Assembly: GCA_043228905.1 (NCBI GenBank)
Contig: JBHGNT010000021.1
Location: 10,540,001-10,604,000 of the forward strand
Direction of reading: 5' to 3'
Source: Azolla caroliniana
Lineage: Eukaryota > Plantae > Polypodiophyta
Length of the DNA stretch: 64,000 nucleotides
In this document: positions 1-13,702 of the stretch, in pieces
How the letters are laid out: every line of letters starts with the position of its first letter
Numbering within the stretch: the stretch's first letter is position 1
The notes under the pieces: generated by a model
What the model was told of the DNA's origin: nothing
Database searches by the model: none
The model's input: the letters and a program-made list of their open reading frames with translations, nothing else
Program-made: the position numbers and the translations under genes

Positions 1-2469
1 ATGGCTTCGCATGTCGCTACAACCGCTCCTCTATACTCGGCTTCGGTGCTTGACATCGCAACTGTCGGCTGCTTCTTGCTACTCCACGCAATCGCGGCAT
101 TCCCAAGAGAGAACGCGAAACCAGACGTGGATCAGCGATCATCGGCGTTTCCGACCCAATGAACATCGGTGTAACTGACCAACTGCGTGGCAGTATTGGT
201 CTGATATAGTAGCCCCCGGTCCTTAGTGCCACTGACATACCGGAGTACGCGTTGTGCGCATTGAAGGTGCTCCTCGGTCGATCGGACCATGAACTGACTA
301 ATCACCCTGACCGTGTAGCTGAGATCTAGTCGGGTGATGGTCAAGTATATAAGGCTTCCGACTATCTGTCGGAACCTCGTCGGGTCGCATACCTTCTCGG
401 AATCAGGGCGAAGCTTGACGGTTCTATCCAGAGGAGTCAAGATGAACTTACAGTCGGCCATCCCAAATTCGAAGAGCATACTTAGCACGTAATGTCATTG
501 GCTGATCAGTATGCCTTTAGGGGTGCGGTTCACTTCGATCCTGAGGAAGTAATGAAGATCCCCCATATCCTTCATATCGAATGATGCCGCAAGCTGCAGC
601 TTCACGTGGTCAATCTCACCTAGGTTGACGCCGGTGATGACCAAGTTATGAACATAAAATAAAATGCCAACCGGCCCGAGTCAACCTTTCCGGATAAGCA
701 ATGAGGAATCCGATTTGGATGTTGCAAAGCCCATCCGATGCAATCGTTGCGTGATTTTCGCGTTCCAGGCACGCGGGGCTTGCTTTAGTCTGTAAAGGGA
801 TTTCTTCAATCCGCACACCGCTGAAGTGTTCGTTCCGGAGTGAAATCCGGGGGGTTGTACCATGTACACCTGTTCCTCAAGCTCACATTACAGGAACGCA
901 TTCTTTACATCCATCTGATGTAAGTGCCACCCCTTTGCCGCAGCTACTGCAAGCAAAACACGGACGGTCGTCATCTTCGCGACCGGCGCAAACGTCTCAT
1001 CGTAGTCGATGTCGTGTTTTTGCGAGTAGCCTTTCGCTACTAAATGGGCCTTGTATCGGTTGACCAAGTCGTTGGTGTTGCACTTGAACTTGTACACCCA
1101 CCTGCATCCGATCGGCTTCACACCCTTTGGTGTGTCAACCAGGTCCCAGGTTTCATTCTCTGCCAATGCGCGCATCTCTTCCTCGATTGCGGCGCGCTAA
1201 TTTGCGTCCTTCACCGCTTTTGTGTAGCTCTCTGGCTCACGCACTTCCGCTACATAGGTCATGTACGCATAGTGATGCGCCATGTACTCATTGTAACCGA
1301 ACTGCACAACAGGGTTCTTCTGGTGGGTAGACCGGCGTAATTGCTCATTAGCCGATATTGAGGCTATCTTAGCGGACTTCGCTCTCAAAGACCCATCATC
1401 ACTGCCCTCGGAGTCGAACCCGCGTTGATCCAACTCACACGATCCGACTCGTTCCTATCCGTGCCATAATCCGACACCTTGTTCTTCCCTTTTTCCTTGT
1501 GCGTAGCCCGTCTCCTCGGCTTCTTGCTCACGGAATGCACGGCCGAGTCTCCACTACTCGCCGGGTCTTCATCGGACTGGTCAAACCGACTAAGTTGTCC
1601 AGCCTGTCCGCTTAACCGAAACGAAATCGGACTCTCATTGCGGGTCCCGATTTCAAGCTCATCTGGAGGCATCTCGGCCTCACTGACCTCATCATCAGAA
1701 CACGGATTGGAGGTGAGGTCCGTAGTCGGAGGCAAATACCAGGACACGGACTCGTCAAACACAACGTTGCGACTCACGAGCGCTTGTTTGGTGCGAGGGT
1801 TATGACACTTATAACCCTTCTGCTCGTCCGAATAGCCAACCAAGATACACTTCTCGTCTTTCGCGACCAACTTCCGTTGCTTCTCCTTCGGTACATGCAC
1901 ATACTCAATGCTACCAAAAACTCTCAAGTGTCGCAGATTCGGCTTCCTTCCAAAATACAGCTCATGCGCCGACACTTTTTCTCCGATCCAATTCTGAATA
2001 TACACCGCGTTTCATATCGCCTCGGCCCAATAAAACTTGGGCAAGCTCTTCTCCTCCAGCATTGCCTAGGCCACTTCTACAATTGACCGGTTCTTCCACT
2101 CGGTCACGTCGGTTTGCTCCGGCGTGTATCTACAACTGAATTCGCGCCGAATTCCAATTTGTTGTAGATAGCCATTGAATTGACCGGAAAAATACTCTTT
2201 TTTGCCATCAGACCGCAAGCACTTGATCTTTCATCCTGTTTCCATTTCCACGAACCCTTTGAGGTCCCGGAAACAATCGAAGACTTCACTCTTCTTCTCG
2301 ATGAGGTAGATCCACGTGTGCCACGTATAGTCGTCGATGAAGGAAACAAAATATCGACTCCCGCCAAGACTAACGTTCTGTGTCAATCCCCATACATCAG
2401 AATATATCAAGTCGAGGTTGTTCCGGCTTTGGTTACACTCGTTGGGGAAAGGAAGTCAGTGTTGCTTCC
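1..2469 (-). mobile_element. Ty1/Copia pol remnant (integrase, RT, RNase H), frameshifted; interrupted at 2470 by a Gypsy LTR
   Basis: ORF fragments with LRVFGS..YVHVP/KCILVGYS (INT C-term), [17 protein letters not shown] and [10 protein letters not shown] (RT), IVGSLIYLTITR; many stops and frameshifts. Confidence 0.95.
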
Positions 2470-2922
2470 TGACGGGAATGTTGTCTGCCTGGCCGGACTA
2501 GCCTCAACACAGCTGTCTATCCGACACTTCTCCAAAGGGGTGGTAAGGATGGGATGCTAGGTTACATGCGTAAGATGATTACAATTAAGCACAGACGGTA
2601 AACAATACGAAGATACAGATAAACACGCAATAATTACTTTTGTATTACTTCCGTCAAAGCCTTTTACAAATCATCGGATCCTTTTATAGGCATCCGGCAA
2701 GGTTACAATCGGTGCGCTTAGGCAACCGACATCCGAATCGGTCCGGATCCGGATCGGTACAACTGTACCGGATCCGTCCCTCCGAATAATAATTCTACTA
2801 TTATTTACTTCCTATTATCCGATCCGACTCCGCCTTCCCACTTGTCCTTGCTCTTCTGTCCGGCCAACACATGGCACGCCCGTGGGAAAGTGCCATGCAC
2901 TTCGAATCCACTCCCGGCCTCA
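2470..2922 (-). repeat. 3' LTR of Gypsy element G1
   Basis: Minus strand reads polypurine tract GGAGGAAGAA then TGA...TCA. Copia integrase resumes exactly at 2469. Confidence 0.75.
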
Positions 2923-5900
2923 TTCTTCCTCCAAAATATCGAGCACACTCTGCTCGATGGTGTCAAGTGGTGCTTCTTCCTCCAATTCCTGTTCCTTGCC
3001 TGCCTGGTCTCCGACCTCCGGTTGGGTTGGCTGTTCCGTAAAAATTTGCTGCTCCGGCTCTGCTTGATTCTGCTGTGCCGGTGCTTCCTCACCGCTTCGT
3101 CCGGGTTCTTCCTGTTCTCCCTCCGTTCCTGGCTCTGTTCTGTTACCAGTGTCGCTTTCTCCGGTCTCAACTGGTCTGCTCGGTACGCCTTCTTCCTCTG
3201 CTCTGGTGTCTTCTGGTCTTAGCTCTTCTTCTTCTCCGGCATCGGTCAGTTCCTGCTCTTCTTGATTTCCTTCGAACGGAAATTCTTCTTCGGGTATTCC
3301 TTGTCGGGGTTGTTCGGTGTCGGTTGGTTCAACTTTAGCCGGTCGCTCTCCCTCACTAATAGTGATTGGCGTCGTTCTTCCCTTGGCTTCCTGTCGTAAC
3401 CGGTCCTGCTCGTATTTCTCCAACTCCAACTGAGTTGCGAGCTGCCCGTCATCCAACCTCTCTACCAACCCTCGGATTTCTTTGAGATGTTCTTCCGCTA
3501 AAGCGTAGAAATCCTCCGACAATTCTTCCCGAATGGCGACGATACTTTCTTCATCCATTTTGTAGAACTTGTCATCGGTCTTCCTCCGATTCTCGGCATC
3601 CGCTTGGAGTGTCTGCAGCTCGGCTGCCTGTTGTGACCACTCCTTCCATAGCTTTTCCGTACTTTCGTTGATGCTTGCCTGAGCTCGGGTACTCCAACCT
3701 CACATGATGAGCTTGATCCGATCAACCCCCGCCTTAGCGTGCGCATAAGCTTCTTGCTTTTCCTTCCTTGCCAATTTTATAATGTCGGCCATTATCTGAG
3801 CCTGGGCCTCGTAATCCGCTTTCTGCTTTTCATAGGTACTTTGCAGTTTGCTGATCGTGAAGGTCGATCTTTCCTTTTCTTCATTCCTGATCTTAGTCAA
3901 ATCTAGCTTTTCCCGCCTTAGCGCCTCTAATTCCTTCCTTCTCTCCGTCGCTTGGGCTATTTCCGCCGACAATGCTTCCTTTTTGGCACTGACCTCATCC
4001 ATTGCCTTAGCCAGATCTAATCGGGTCTCTTTGAGCTGTTCTTTCAGCTTCTCTATTTGCCGGTCGTAGTCTGCTGTCCGTTTCTTGTTGTCTGACTCGG
4101 CCTGCTTGTGATCTCGGTAGAGACGGTCGAAGTCCTCCATCTTCTGCTTCAGGCGTCGGTTTGCCTGAGCTCTTAACCGGTCGTCCCGGTCCTTCTGTTG
4201 TCGGAGTTCTTCCTGCAGTCGTTCTATCTCCTGCTCGGCATGTCGACGCAATCGGTCCTTCTCTTTTTGCAGCTTCTCTTTTTCTTCTTGCAGTCGGTCA
4301 TTAGTGGCTCGGCCTTTCCGGAGGCCTTCTCCCATTTTTCGTTTGTCGTCCTCCACCGCTTTCCGCTGCTCCCTTTCTTTTTCCCTTAATGCCTCCTGAG
4401 CTTTTAACTCCTCTCGTAAGTTTCTATTATTTTTTCGGTCTTAGGGCCAGTTTGCAAGGCTACCGGTTCCGGTTCCGGTTCTGGTTGCTTCCTTGTTGTC
4501 CCGATCGGCTCGGTGACAACTGGTGCTTGTTGAATTCCTTCCCTTGCCTGCAACAACTCCCCTTGCATTTCCTCGATCTGTGTTCGGAGCGCGACCAACT
4601 CCTGAGTTGTTGGATGCGTCAGCTGTTGCCTACACGTTTCTTCTTCCTCTAACTGATCCGCTACTCCCGATAACTGCTCCGAAAGCCATCTCAGCCATTG
4701 TGGCTTTGTGCTTCCTGTGTCGGGGTGGCCTTGCTCACTTCTACTCCTTAACTCTGGCTGTTTTTCCGGCCTTTTCTCTGGCTCCGGTGCTTGTTCATTC
4801 TTCTTCTCTGAGATGACCGGTTCTCTTCTGTCCGGCACAACCGGTGTCGGTGCTGCTTCCCTCGGTACGGGTTCCGGTACTGGTTCCGCCTCGGCTACTG
4901 GAGGTGGTCCTTGCGCCCTCTGCTGAGTTTTGTCAACTGGTGGAGCCGGTCCTTTCGCCCGTCTCTCCCGACCTTGTCTTGCTGGGAGTCTTACCAGTGG
5001 TTCGGATGAGTCTTCTGTTTCAGCTTCCTCCTCCGGTGCAGATACCAGACGGACCTTTTGTATAAAGACCTCTGGTTCCGGTTCCAGCCGTCGCAGCGTT
5101 ATATTGATTGGTTTGAGCGCTACCGGTTCCTCCTCAGCCGATTTCCCTTTGCCTTTTCCTGCCGGTTTTGCCTTTGTTGCCGGTTCCTGTTGCTATCGGG
5201 ATGGTCCTTCCCCCCTATTCTACTTCTTGCTGGGTCCATCCGGGGGTGTGTTTCTCCAGGATCTGTCGGCGCTTTGTGACCTTTTTCGGCGTCGTCTCCT
5301 GCCGACCTCTTTTCTTTTGTGTGATGGGGAGCACCGGTGGGACTAACACCGTTAGCCATTGTGCTATCCCGGCCCATGGCTTTTTTCCTTCCACAAGATT
5401 CTTGATGGCCTCCTTCAATCCTTCGGTTATGAAATGAAGCCAGTCCACTTGTAATCCTTCATACGCTGCAATTAAGAACGCTGCCCGGTACCTGGCTATG
5501 GCCGGGGGGCGAGGATTCACGAATCCGTACTCCATCATGGCGCGGGCCACTTCTCCGAACAGCAGGTTCTCTCCGCCCTGTGTTCGGTACGCCTTGCTGC
5601 TGATAGAATACTCACCGAAATATTCGAACAGGATTTCACTTGAAGGGTTTTCGATTGTTTGAAGTCCTCCTGCTTTTATCCCCGTGAGCGCCTGCACCGC
5701 TCCTTCCGTGATTTTTGATAAATCAATCGATGCTGCCGCATGCTCTGGTTCTGCGTGTGGTGGAGCGTCGGCGATCCTCAGCAATCCTTTTAACCCGTTC
5801 TCCCTCATCCATTGGCGTGCCTCCTTCGACAGTACCATTGTTTCGAATTCTTCTTCTGCTGTCTGTTGTTCGGGATCGGGTTGTGTGTGCACTGTGCGTC

Positions 5901-6102
5901 GGATCGCTCTTCTGTGCTTCTGCGCCTGTGTGTAGGAAAATTCGTAAAAAGTAAGTCCTTCGCAGGCCTGTGTCTTATATAGTGGCTTTTGCCTCGAGCC
6001 GCCCTTTTTCGTTTCCCACGCATGTTCCTCTCCCGCCATAATTAGTATGTCCTTTCTTGTTTGCCGCGCGTGAGTGCCCACGTTCCATGCTTTAAATAGC
6101 AA
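2920..6102 (-). pseudogene. Large extra 3' ORF of Gypsy G1, now fragmented; coiled-coil and acidic regions, function unknown
   Basis: Same-strand ORFs 5215-6102, 4404-4838, 3700-4356 and 2920-3558 lie between integrase and PPT. The last stop codon TGA is the first three bases of the LTR. Confidence 0.7.
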
Positions 6103-6252
6103 GTACGTGCACGTCCTTCTTTAATGCATGGAGCCTCTTCGTTGCATGGTGGCGCTCCCACCTCTTGTGATCTCCCCATCACTACTATAATTCGCATCGA
6201 TTTTGCCCAGTTTTTTTTTTTTTTTTTTTTTTTTCCCTTTCTTTGGACCACG

Positions 6253-7871
6253 TCATTTGCTGGTCCCCCCCGATTTGTTCGGGTCAGTTCGCGTTGATAC
6301 CGGATCCTTCTGTCGGTTTTCCGGGATAGTCTTTGTCAGTATCGGTGTCGGTTCTTCCTCGGTCCGAATATCTTCAGCAGCGTCTGTCGGTGTCGGTTCC
6401 TCATCTTGCCGGATTTCCGAGTTTTGCTTGAACGGGTTGGCTGGCATATTCCCCTTATACGGCTTTAGCCGAAACCCATTTGCCCACTTACCGATGACAT
6501 CTCCAGATAACGTGCCGAGCTGATACGACCCATTGTACTCCTTGGTGATCCAGAACGGTCCGGTCCACCGAAACCGCAACTTTCCCGGCATGTTCCCCAT
6601 CCGTGTCTGGAATAGTAGCACCGGTTTCCACGCCGGTGTCGGTCCACGAAAGCTTTTCTCCTCCTTTGCTCCAGTTCGAGTTGTAGTAAGTTGGCTATTC
6701 GGTTTTCTTCTAATTCCAACAACGTCGCCAGTCGGATTCGTTCGGACTCCTTCTCACTTAAGCGCTCCTTTACCTGAATCCGTAAGCTGGGGATCTGGAA
6801 CTCTACCAGCATGACCGCTTCTAAACCGAATGCTAGTCGGAACGGGGTTGTCCGGATGCTGGTTTTGTACGTTGTTCGGTACGCCCATAGCGCGCTTTGC
6901 AATTTCGTATCCCAGTCGGTCCGGTTCTCGTTGACAATTTTTCGTAGGATGTTCTGCAGAGTTTTGTTCGTTGATTCCGCTAGTCCATTGGCTTGAGGGT
7001 AGTAGGGAGTACTCCTTTTATGTACCACCGCGTAAAATGACGTCAGGCTTTCTACTACCTGCCCGAGAAAATGTCCTCCTTGGTCACTTATAAGCTCGAT
7101 CGGGCATCCATACCGGCACCATATGCACTCGTACAGAAACTTTGCCATGGACGCGGCCGTGTTGTCCCGTAAGGCCTTTGCTTCTACCCATTTGGTGCAA
7201 TAGTCGGTTGCCACTATGACATACCGATTTCCGGTTCGCATTGCCGGTGGCTTGAAGGGACCGACAAAGTCCAAACCCCACTTTTGAAACGGTTCCAAAG
7301 GCAAGACCGGGTGGTGTGGCATCCGGGCCTGCTCCGTGGGTTGGCCCAGTCGTTGACACAAATCGCATTCTCTGCTATACTTCACGGCATCTTTTAGGGT
7401 GGTGGGCCACCACAGTCCGCTCTGCCATATTTTCCGAGCGGTTGCGTCGCCGGCATAATGCCCGCCGGCAATTCCACAGTGGGCTTCCCTGAGGATTAAA
7501 TCCTTCTCATCGCTCTGCACTGCTCGTCTCTAGATGCCATCTGCCCCCTTGTGATAGAGGGTGTCTCCAACCAAGCAGAAATGTCTACTTCTTACTACTA
7601 CCCTTTTCCTTTCATCGCGGTCCATGTTCTCCGGGGGAACTTCGGTGCTCAGGAACTGATGCATCTCAGTTAGCCACGTGTCTTCATCGGCTACCGTTGC
7701 ATCCGTTGCCGGTTTCATCGTGATCCGGAACAACTCGGCGTCGGGGAACTCATCCTGGACGCCGTCCCCTGCTTCTCCGGATTCGAGTCTGCTTAGGTAG
7801 TCCGCTACCGCATGCTGCGCCCCGGGTCGGTGGAAAATGTCGAATTCAAATTCCTGTAACAGCAGTGTCAC
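6253..7871 (-). pseudogene. Gypsy RNase H C-terminus and integrase
   Basis: ORFs 7530-7871, 6465-7520 and 6253-6621 with canonical Gypsy integrase motifs. Confidence 0.93.
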
Positions 7872-9551
7872 CGATTCATGAGGTATACAGCCATGTTAGC
7901 CGTTTCTGCCCAGTACCCCTTCGGCACGTCCTTTTCGTTCATCATGGCCCGTGCTACTTCGAGGATGTGCCGATTCTTTCGTTCTACCACTCCGTTTTGT
8001 TGTGGCGTATGTCGACACGAAAACTCTCGCCGAATTCCTTCTTTCCGTAGATACGCCTTAAACTCATCCGAGAAATATTCATTGTCTCCATCCGATCGAA
8101 GGTACCGTATGTGTTGACTCGTAGCTTTTTCGACTCCACTCTTGAATTTTTGGAAGTGTCCGAACACTTCGATCTTTTGCCGCATCGGGTAGATCCAAGT
8201 GTGCCTAGAGAAGTCGTTGATGAAGGTTACATAATATCGGCATCCGCCGAATGTCGTCATTTGAGCCGGTCCCCATACATCAGAATGAATTACGTCGAGT
8301 ACACCTTTGCTTACATTCCTCTCCTTCGGAAATGGATGTTGATGTTGCTTGCCGAATTGGCAAGCCACACATATGCCTTCAATCTGTCTCTCTTTGAAGG
8401 TTGGGAGTCCGATGATGACTCCTTTCATTGCATTGCCCTGAGCTTTGAAGATTGATATGGCCAATCCGCTTGTGCCATAGCTCTATGTTGGTGTCGGGTT
8501 TGAGGCCCTTTGCGTACATTGTCGATTTCACCTCGTTTGACGCAAGGATAAACATTCTACCTTCCTTTCGACCCCGAGCGATGAGTCGGCCTTCCTTCTC
8601 GATAAAGCAACCACCTTGGTTGAATTGAACTTGCATCCCTTGCTCCACAATTTGGCCGACCGAGAGCAAATTCTTCGTTATGGTGGGTACATGTAATACA
8701 TTTTTGATGCAAGTTTGTTCACCATCTTTCCTGAATGTGACATTCCCAACATGCCGAATTAGATGAGTGGTATCGTCTCCGGTCTCGACATAACTGGGTT
8801 GATCTAGCTCCCACAAGTCTCGGAACCACTCTTGATGGGACGTCATATGGTTCGAAGCACCAGAGTCGACGAACCATATGCCTTCCGGACCAGAGGCATT
8901 AGTTGATGTAGAAGCCGACATAGAGTTTGCTCTATATCTCATCACGAATAGTCCGTCGTAATTGTCGTACTTAGATTTGGTGGCGTAATTCGTGAGTTGT
9001 TGGCTTGTGGACGCTGACTCACGCATCTTCTTTTGGCACTCTTCTTCGCAGTGGCCGAATTTCCCGCAATAGCCGCATTCAATTGAGGTTTGTCAGCTCG
9101 GACCGGAATGGTGGCTCCCCTTTCTTCCGAAGGTTTCCCGATGGCCTCCATCTTGTTGCCATAATTGAGAGTTTTTTTCGTAACCCAAGCCTTGTCCACC
9201 TTGTCCTCTTCTTGCACGGTCGCATCCTCTTCCTCCGTCCAAGTGCGTGTAGAGCATTTGGCCTTCCGAGCCATTACTCCTTGTTCGAACATGGTTTTCT
9301 TCGACCAACAACATGGATTGCAGATCGAAGGAGGGCAGATTCTCCCGTGTTAGTATGGCGGTCCGCATCATGCTAAATCGTGGTGCAAGGCCGACGCTTA
9401 TCGAGCCAAGTGAATCACAAAGCTCCTTGATCTTCAAGGTGTAGCTCGTGACAGACATATCCCTTTGTTGGATATTATTCAACTCTTGGCGGAGTTGAAG
9501 CTTTCTCGCAGTAGTGTTGGTGGCGAAAATCTTTCGTAGATTCTCCCACGC

Positions 9552-10669
9552 TGTCGTGAAGATTTTCGGCGATAGTGTGAAACTTGTGAGGAACATACGA
9601 AATCGAGTGTGGTTCTTCTCATGCAATATAAAACAATAATAGTGAAGATACTATTTTAAATAAGTTTAATATCTTGGTACAAAAAGATGAAGGTCTTCAA
9701 GAGCTTTTGAATGCACTTTGCTACATAACAAACGATCAACTAAGTGTGAAGTTATGTGCGAAAAAAGAAAAGAGCAACAAACCTGTGAGATATCCCACAT
9801 AGATAGGACAAACAAGGATCTTACAATATATAAAGCAAAGCCAAAAGCTATTATTTTGTGTCTATGTGTGGAGCATAGGGAATTCAAGGTGACTTGAAGT
9901 AAGTTAATCAAATGAATGGGTGTGGCCTAGCTACTTGCAAAGGTTTTTGGCTAACCAAAATCGGACCGGCGACAACCGGTGACCGGCCAGTGACGGAATC
10001 GGCTTGAGATGCGGACCGAACCGGATCGGGATGCGGTGACCGGCCGATGACGGAACCAGCTAGGGATGCGGACCAAATAGGTGCAAATCGGACGGATCAG
10101 CTGATCGCGGTGCACTTAAAGATATTTGGTGTAATTACAAGACCGAAAGCCTAATAGTATTTTTGTGCTTTATAAAGGGATGTATGCAAGACTTGAACAT
10201 TGCACCTCCAAGTTGAGAGTCTATAGGCTTACCATTAAGCCAAATCATTTCCTTAGAAATATTTTTCCTATCATTATAGTTTTACATGTAAATTCTCATA
10301 TTAGAGCTTGATTGAGTGACATGTAATGCATGAGCGCCAAATGGCAAACATGCATCACATGCATTGTATGCATGTCTTGTACCCTCACATGCATCATATG
10401 CATGGGAGCATCTATAAAAGGGTGGATAAAAAAGAAAAGGAGTGATGTATTAATCAAGAAATTAAAAGTAAGAAATTCGTTATCCAATTTATGTATCAAT
10501 CTTGTTCTTCAATCTAAAGTCAAGTGTTCTATCTTATCTCAATCTCTCTCTCATTCAATCTATCTTAATTCCTTTCTTGCTAAAGCTAGTACAAACTTCG
10601 AGTCCTTCCGGTCCAGAACCCTGGCGATTCCGCCTCACGATCCGCACGTAGTGACAGATCTTCACGACA
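9552..10669 (+). mobile_element. Solo LTR inserted in Copia gag
   Basis: Termini TGTCGTGAAGAT...ATCTTCACGACA (12-bp inverted repeat). ACGC is duplicated at 9548-9551 and 10670-10673, and removal restores gag KEAWENLR. Segment 10320-10420 resembles the Gypsy LTR at 25715-26071. Confidence 0.85.
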
Positions 10670-11109
10670 ACGCTTCCTTCGGTGTCTTGGTTTCTCGAAT
10701 GTACCCGAGCATGTGGTCGTGAACACATGTCGCCAAGCAATACATCACTTGGCTTGCCGCTTGCTCCCACGTTGCATAGTCGGCGTCTTTTGGGTTGGGC
10801 CAATTTTCTTGTGATGCTTTGATGTAGCTCCAATAGCCTTGGCCGACAAGGTATTGGTGCATCTTGTACTCCCAAGATGCAAAGTTGTTGCGATCCAACT
10901 TCTCGCTAGGGAGAGCGCTCCCCATTTGAGTATTCATTGTCGATGTAGATTTCTTCCTTCTTTTCTTTTCCTTCTCTCTCGAACACGAGATATGTAGTCG
11001 CACTACGATAGCGATGAACTGGTTTTTCTTGAATGCCGACATAGAGCACAACACACAATCACGATGAGGCGAGTGGGCTAGATCGAGCAACCAAATCGCT
11101 CTGATACCA

Positions 11110-11565
11110 TGTAAAGAATCAATGGTGATTCTTGTGTAGTGGAAGAGATGTGTGTTATGTGTATGTGTGAGAGGAAAGAGGAGAGGAGAGAAACACAAGA
11201 TGGATAAGAGACAAAATGAAGTACTCAAGAAGAAGGAGATGTATATTAACAAGGAGAATATGATAAATGAAAATGTGGCATTACAAGGAGTCACAACCGA
11301 CTTAGTATGAAGTATGAGGAGGGTGCTTTATATAGAGTCACCCTCTCTCTTCATTAACATACAACAACCACTCTCTCTCTTGGGGAATGTAAAGACTCAT
11401 AGTCATGGGGAGTATGTAACTCATTAGTTATGTGTCATAGAATATGATTCTATGACACATAGTTAATGTGTAGAGAGGAGTGGTGTGACTCTTGACCTTT
11501 GAGTAATCATAGATTCTCAAAAGGTATGTTCACACGTTGTGCTATGTTGAGCTTGATTCTCAATA
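11110..11565 (-). repeat. 5' LTR of the Copia at 7868-11565
   Basis: Abuts PBS; minus-strand start TATTGAGAATCAAGC (degenerate TGTTGAGA), end TTTACA. Confidence 0.75.
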
Positions 11566-13702
11566 GAGGATAACAAGCTACAAGTGGAAGAAACAACATC
11601 AGAGGATGGGGGAGCAATCGAGCCAGAGGTAAGAAAACTTATTTGAATGATGATGGCTGTTGGTATTGTGGAAAACTAGGCTATACACAGGTTGAATGCT
11701 ATAAAAAGCAAAATGATGAAAAAAGAGGAAAGAGACAACAAAATAACTATGCTTTAACAAGTGAAGACTGTGATAAAGATGGTGCATTTATGATGCAACA
11801 TGAAACAAAAGCAATGGTTGAATGTTCACAAAGATACAATTAAAAGTATATGTGGTATGTAGATTCTGGGGCATCTAATCATATGACAGGACATGCAAAC
11901 TGGTTTGAAAGTCTAAGAGAACCAGAGATTCCTGGTTATGTACAAACAGGTGATAACACCACTCATACAATCGAGCATGTTGGAGATATCCCATTGTCGG
12001 AAGAAAAAGGGAAAACAAAGTATATGCAAATGTTATGCATGTGCCAAACCTTGCAAAAAATCTCATTTCTATTGGGAAGATAGTAGAGCAAGGAATGCAA
12101 GTTAAGTTTAAGCAAAGTGGGTGCTTTATAGAGAAACAGGGAAAGCTTATTGCAAAAGGAAAACGACAAGGATGTTTGTGTGAGATGATTGTGAGATGAG
12201 CAAAATATGTGAAACATGCCAATATGGAAAGCAAAACAGGTTACCTTTCCCTCATGAAAGACATGTTAGCAAAAATTTGTTGGTTTTGGTACATACAGAT
12301 GTATGGGGACCAACAAAAAATGCATCAATTAGTGGATGTAGGTTTTATGTGAAATTTATTGATGATTGCTCAAGGAAAACATGGGTATACATCATGAAAA
12401 CTAAAAAATGTGTTCTTGTTCTATATTTAGAGGAGCAAAAAGGGTATAGATGTTATAACCCGTTGACAAAAACGATTATGGTAAGCCGTGATGTAATATT
12501 TGATGAGTTGGAAATGGAATCAATGTTGGACAACAAGGTTCAACATCAATAAAATGTACTGGACCATTTGAAAAATCTGGTAGTAAATCTGAATCAAATG
12601 CTTGGAGTGGAAGGAATGCAAGACAAAATATATGATGATAAAAAGGGAAAACAAAATATGCCTGAGTATGAAATGTTTGATGAAGGATCTAGAAACATGG
12701 AAGATGTTGATTTAGATACATCATTGGATGATGAGCTTGGTATAGGACCCTTGAAAACCCCTGGTATGGAAAAAGCAATGAAGGATGCAAATCAGAAACT
12801 GAGAAGATCAGATAGAGAGAAAAAAATTGTCGAAAGATTTGGTTATGATACATATATGACTATGCATTCTTCATATATGTCTAAAGTGGTACAAATCCCT
12901 GATCCCAATAGTTTTGATGAAGCAAAATCTGATAAGAAATGGGTGAATGCAATGCAAGAAGAAATAGATGCATTGGCTGAAAACAGAACATGGGATTTAG
13001 TAAAGTTACAAAAAGGAAAAAATGAGGTAGGTTGCAAATGGGTCTACAAAACAAAGCATGATTCCAATGGGAATGTAAGTAGACATAAAGGAAGACTTGT
13101 GGCAAAGGGATAAGCCTAGATTCAAGGAATTGACTATGATGAAACTTTTGCAGCGCTTGCAAAGATGGGTGTTGCACCATATGGATGTAAAAAATGCCTT
13201 TTTACATGGTAACTTGGAAGAAGAAGTGTATATGTGTCAACCACTAGGTTTCGAAGTTAAGAGTCGTCCAAAATATGTTTGTAAGTTGAAAAAGATTATG
13301 TATGGACTAAAACAAGCACCGAGAGCATAGCATAAAGAACTTTCAGAATCTCTGAAAAAAATTGCCTTCAAAATGTCAAAAGCAGATCCATCACTGTATG
13401 TAAAGAAGAAAAATGATTGCATTGTTGTTATCTTCATATATGTAGATGATTTAATCATCGGAGGTGATTCTATGGATGAAATAAGGAAGCTTAAGAAAAT
13501 TTTTGAAATGCAATTTCATATTAAAGATTTAGGAGAGTTGAGATACTTTCTTGGTATTGAGATGATGAGATCTAAAAGTGGTATACATATGTTACAGAAA
13601 TAGTATGCAACAACTATGTTGAAGAAGTATAGTATGCTTGGATGCAAACCTATTGATGTACCACTAGATAAGAACTGCAAATTGAGGGCTGATTTGGGAG
13701 CC
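11566..13702 (+). mobile_element. AT-rich degenerate Copia internal region (zinc knuckle, PR, INT, RT), internally deleted
   Basis: CWYCGKLGY, WYVDSGASNHMT, HTDVWGP, WVYKTK, IYVDDLII. Confidence 0.9.

Larger units (their letters stand above)
2470..7868 (-). mobile_element. Ty3/Gypsy retrotransposon G1, 3' part (RNase H end, integrase, extra ORF, LTR); 5' part deleted
   Basis: LLLQEFEFDIFHRPG..HAVADYLSR (RNase H end), HHCC zinc finger, FQKWGLDFVGP, YPQANGLAE (integrase), RWTGPF (GPF motif). Confidence 0.93.
7868..11565 (-). mobile_element. Ty1/Copia 5' half (LTR, PBS, gag, protease, integrase core), truncated at ~7868
   Basis: PBS TGGTATCAGAGC (tRNAi-Met) at 11098-11109; gag EKLDRNNFASWEYKM; WFVDSGASNHMT; HSDVWGP; PQQNGVVERKNR. 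Confidence 0.93.

Noticed and set aside
2460-2475. Shared insertion hotspot: Gypsy G1 (2470) and the transposon end (39043) both hit the GKQH codons of related Copia elements
   Set aside because: Two events by unrelated enzymes; cannot be distinguished from coincidence
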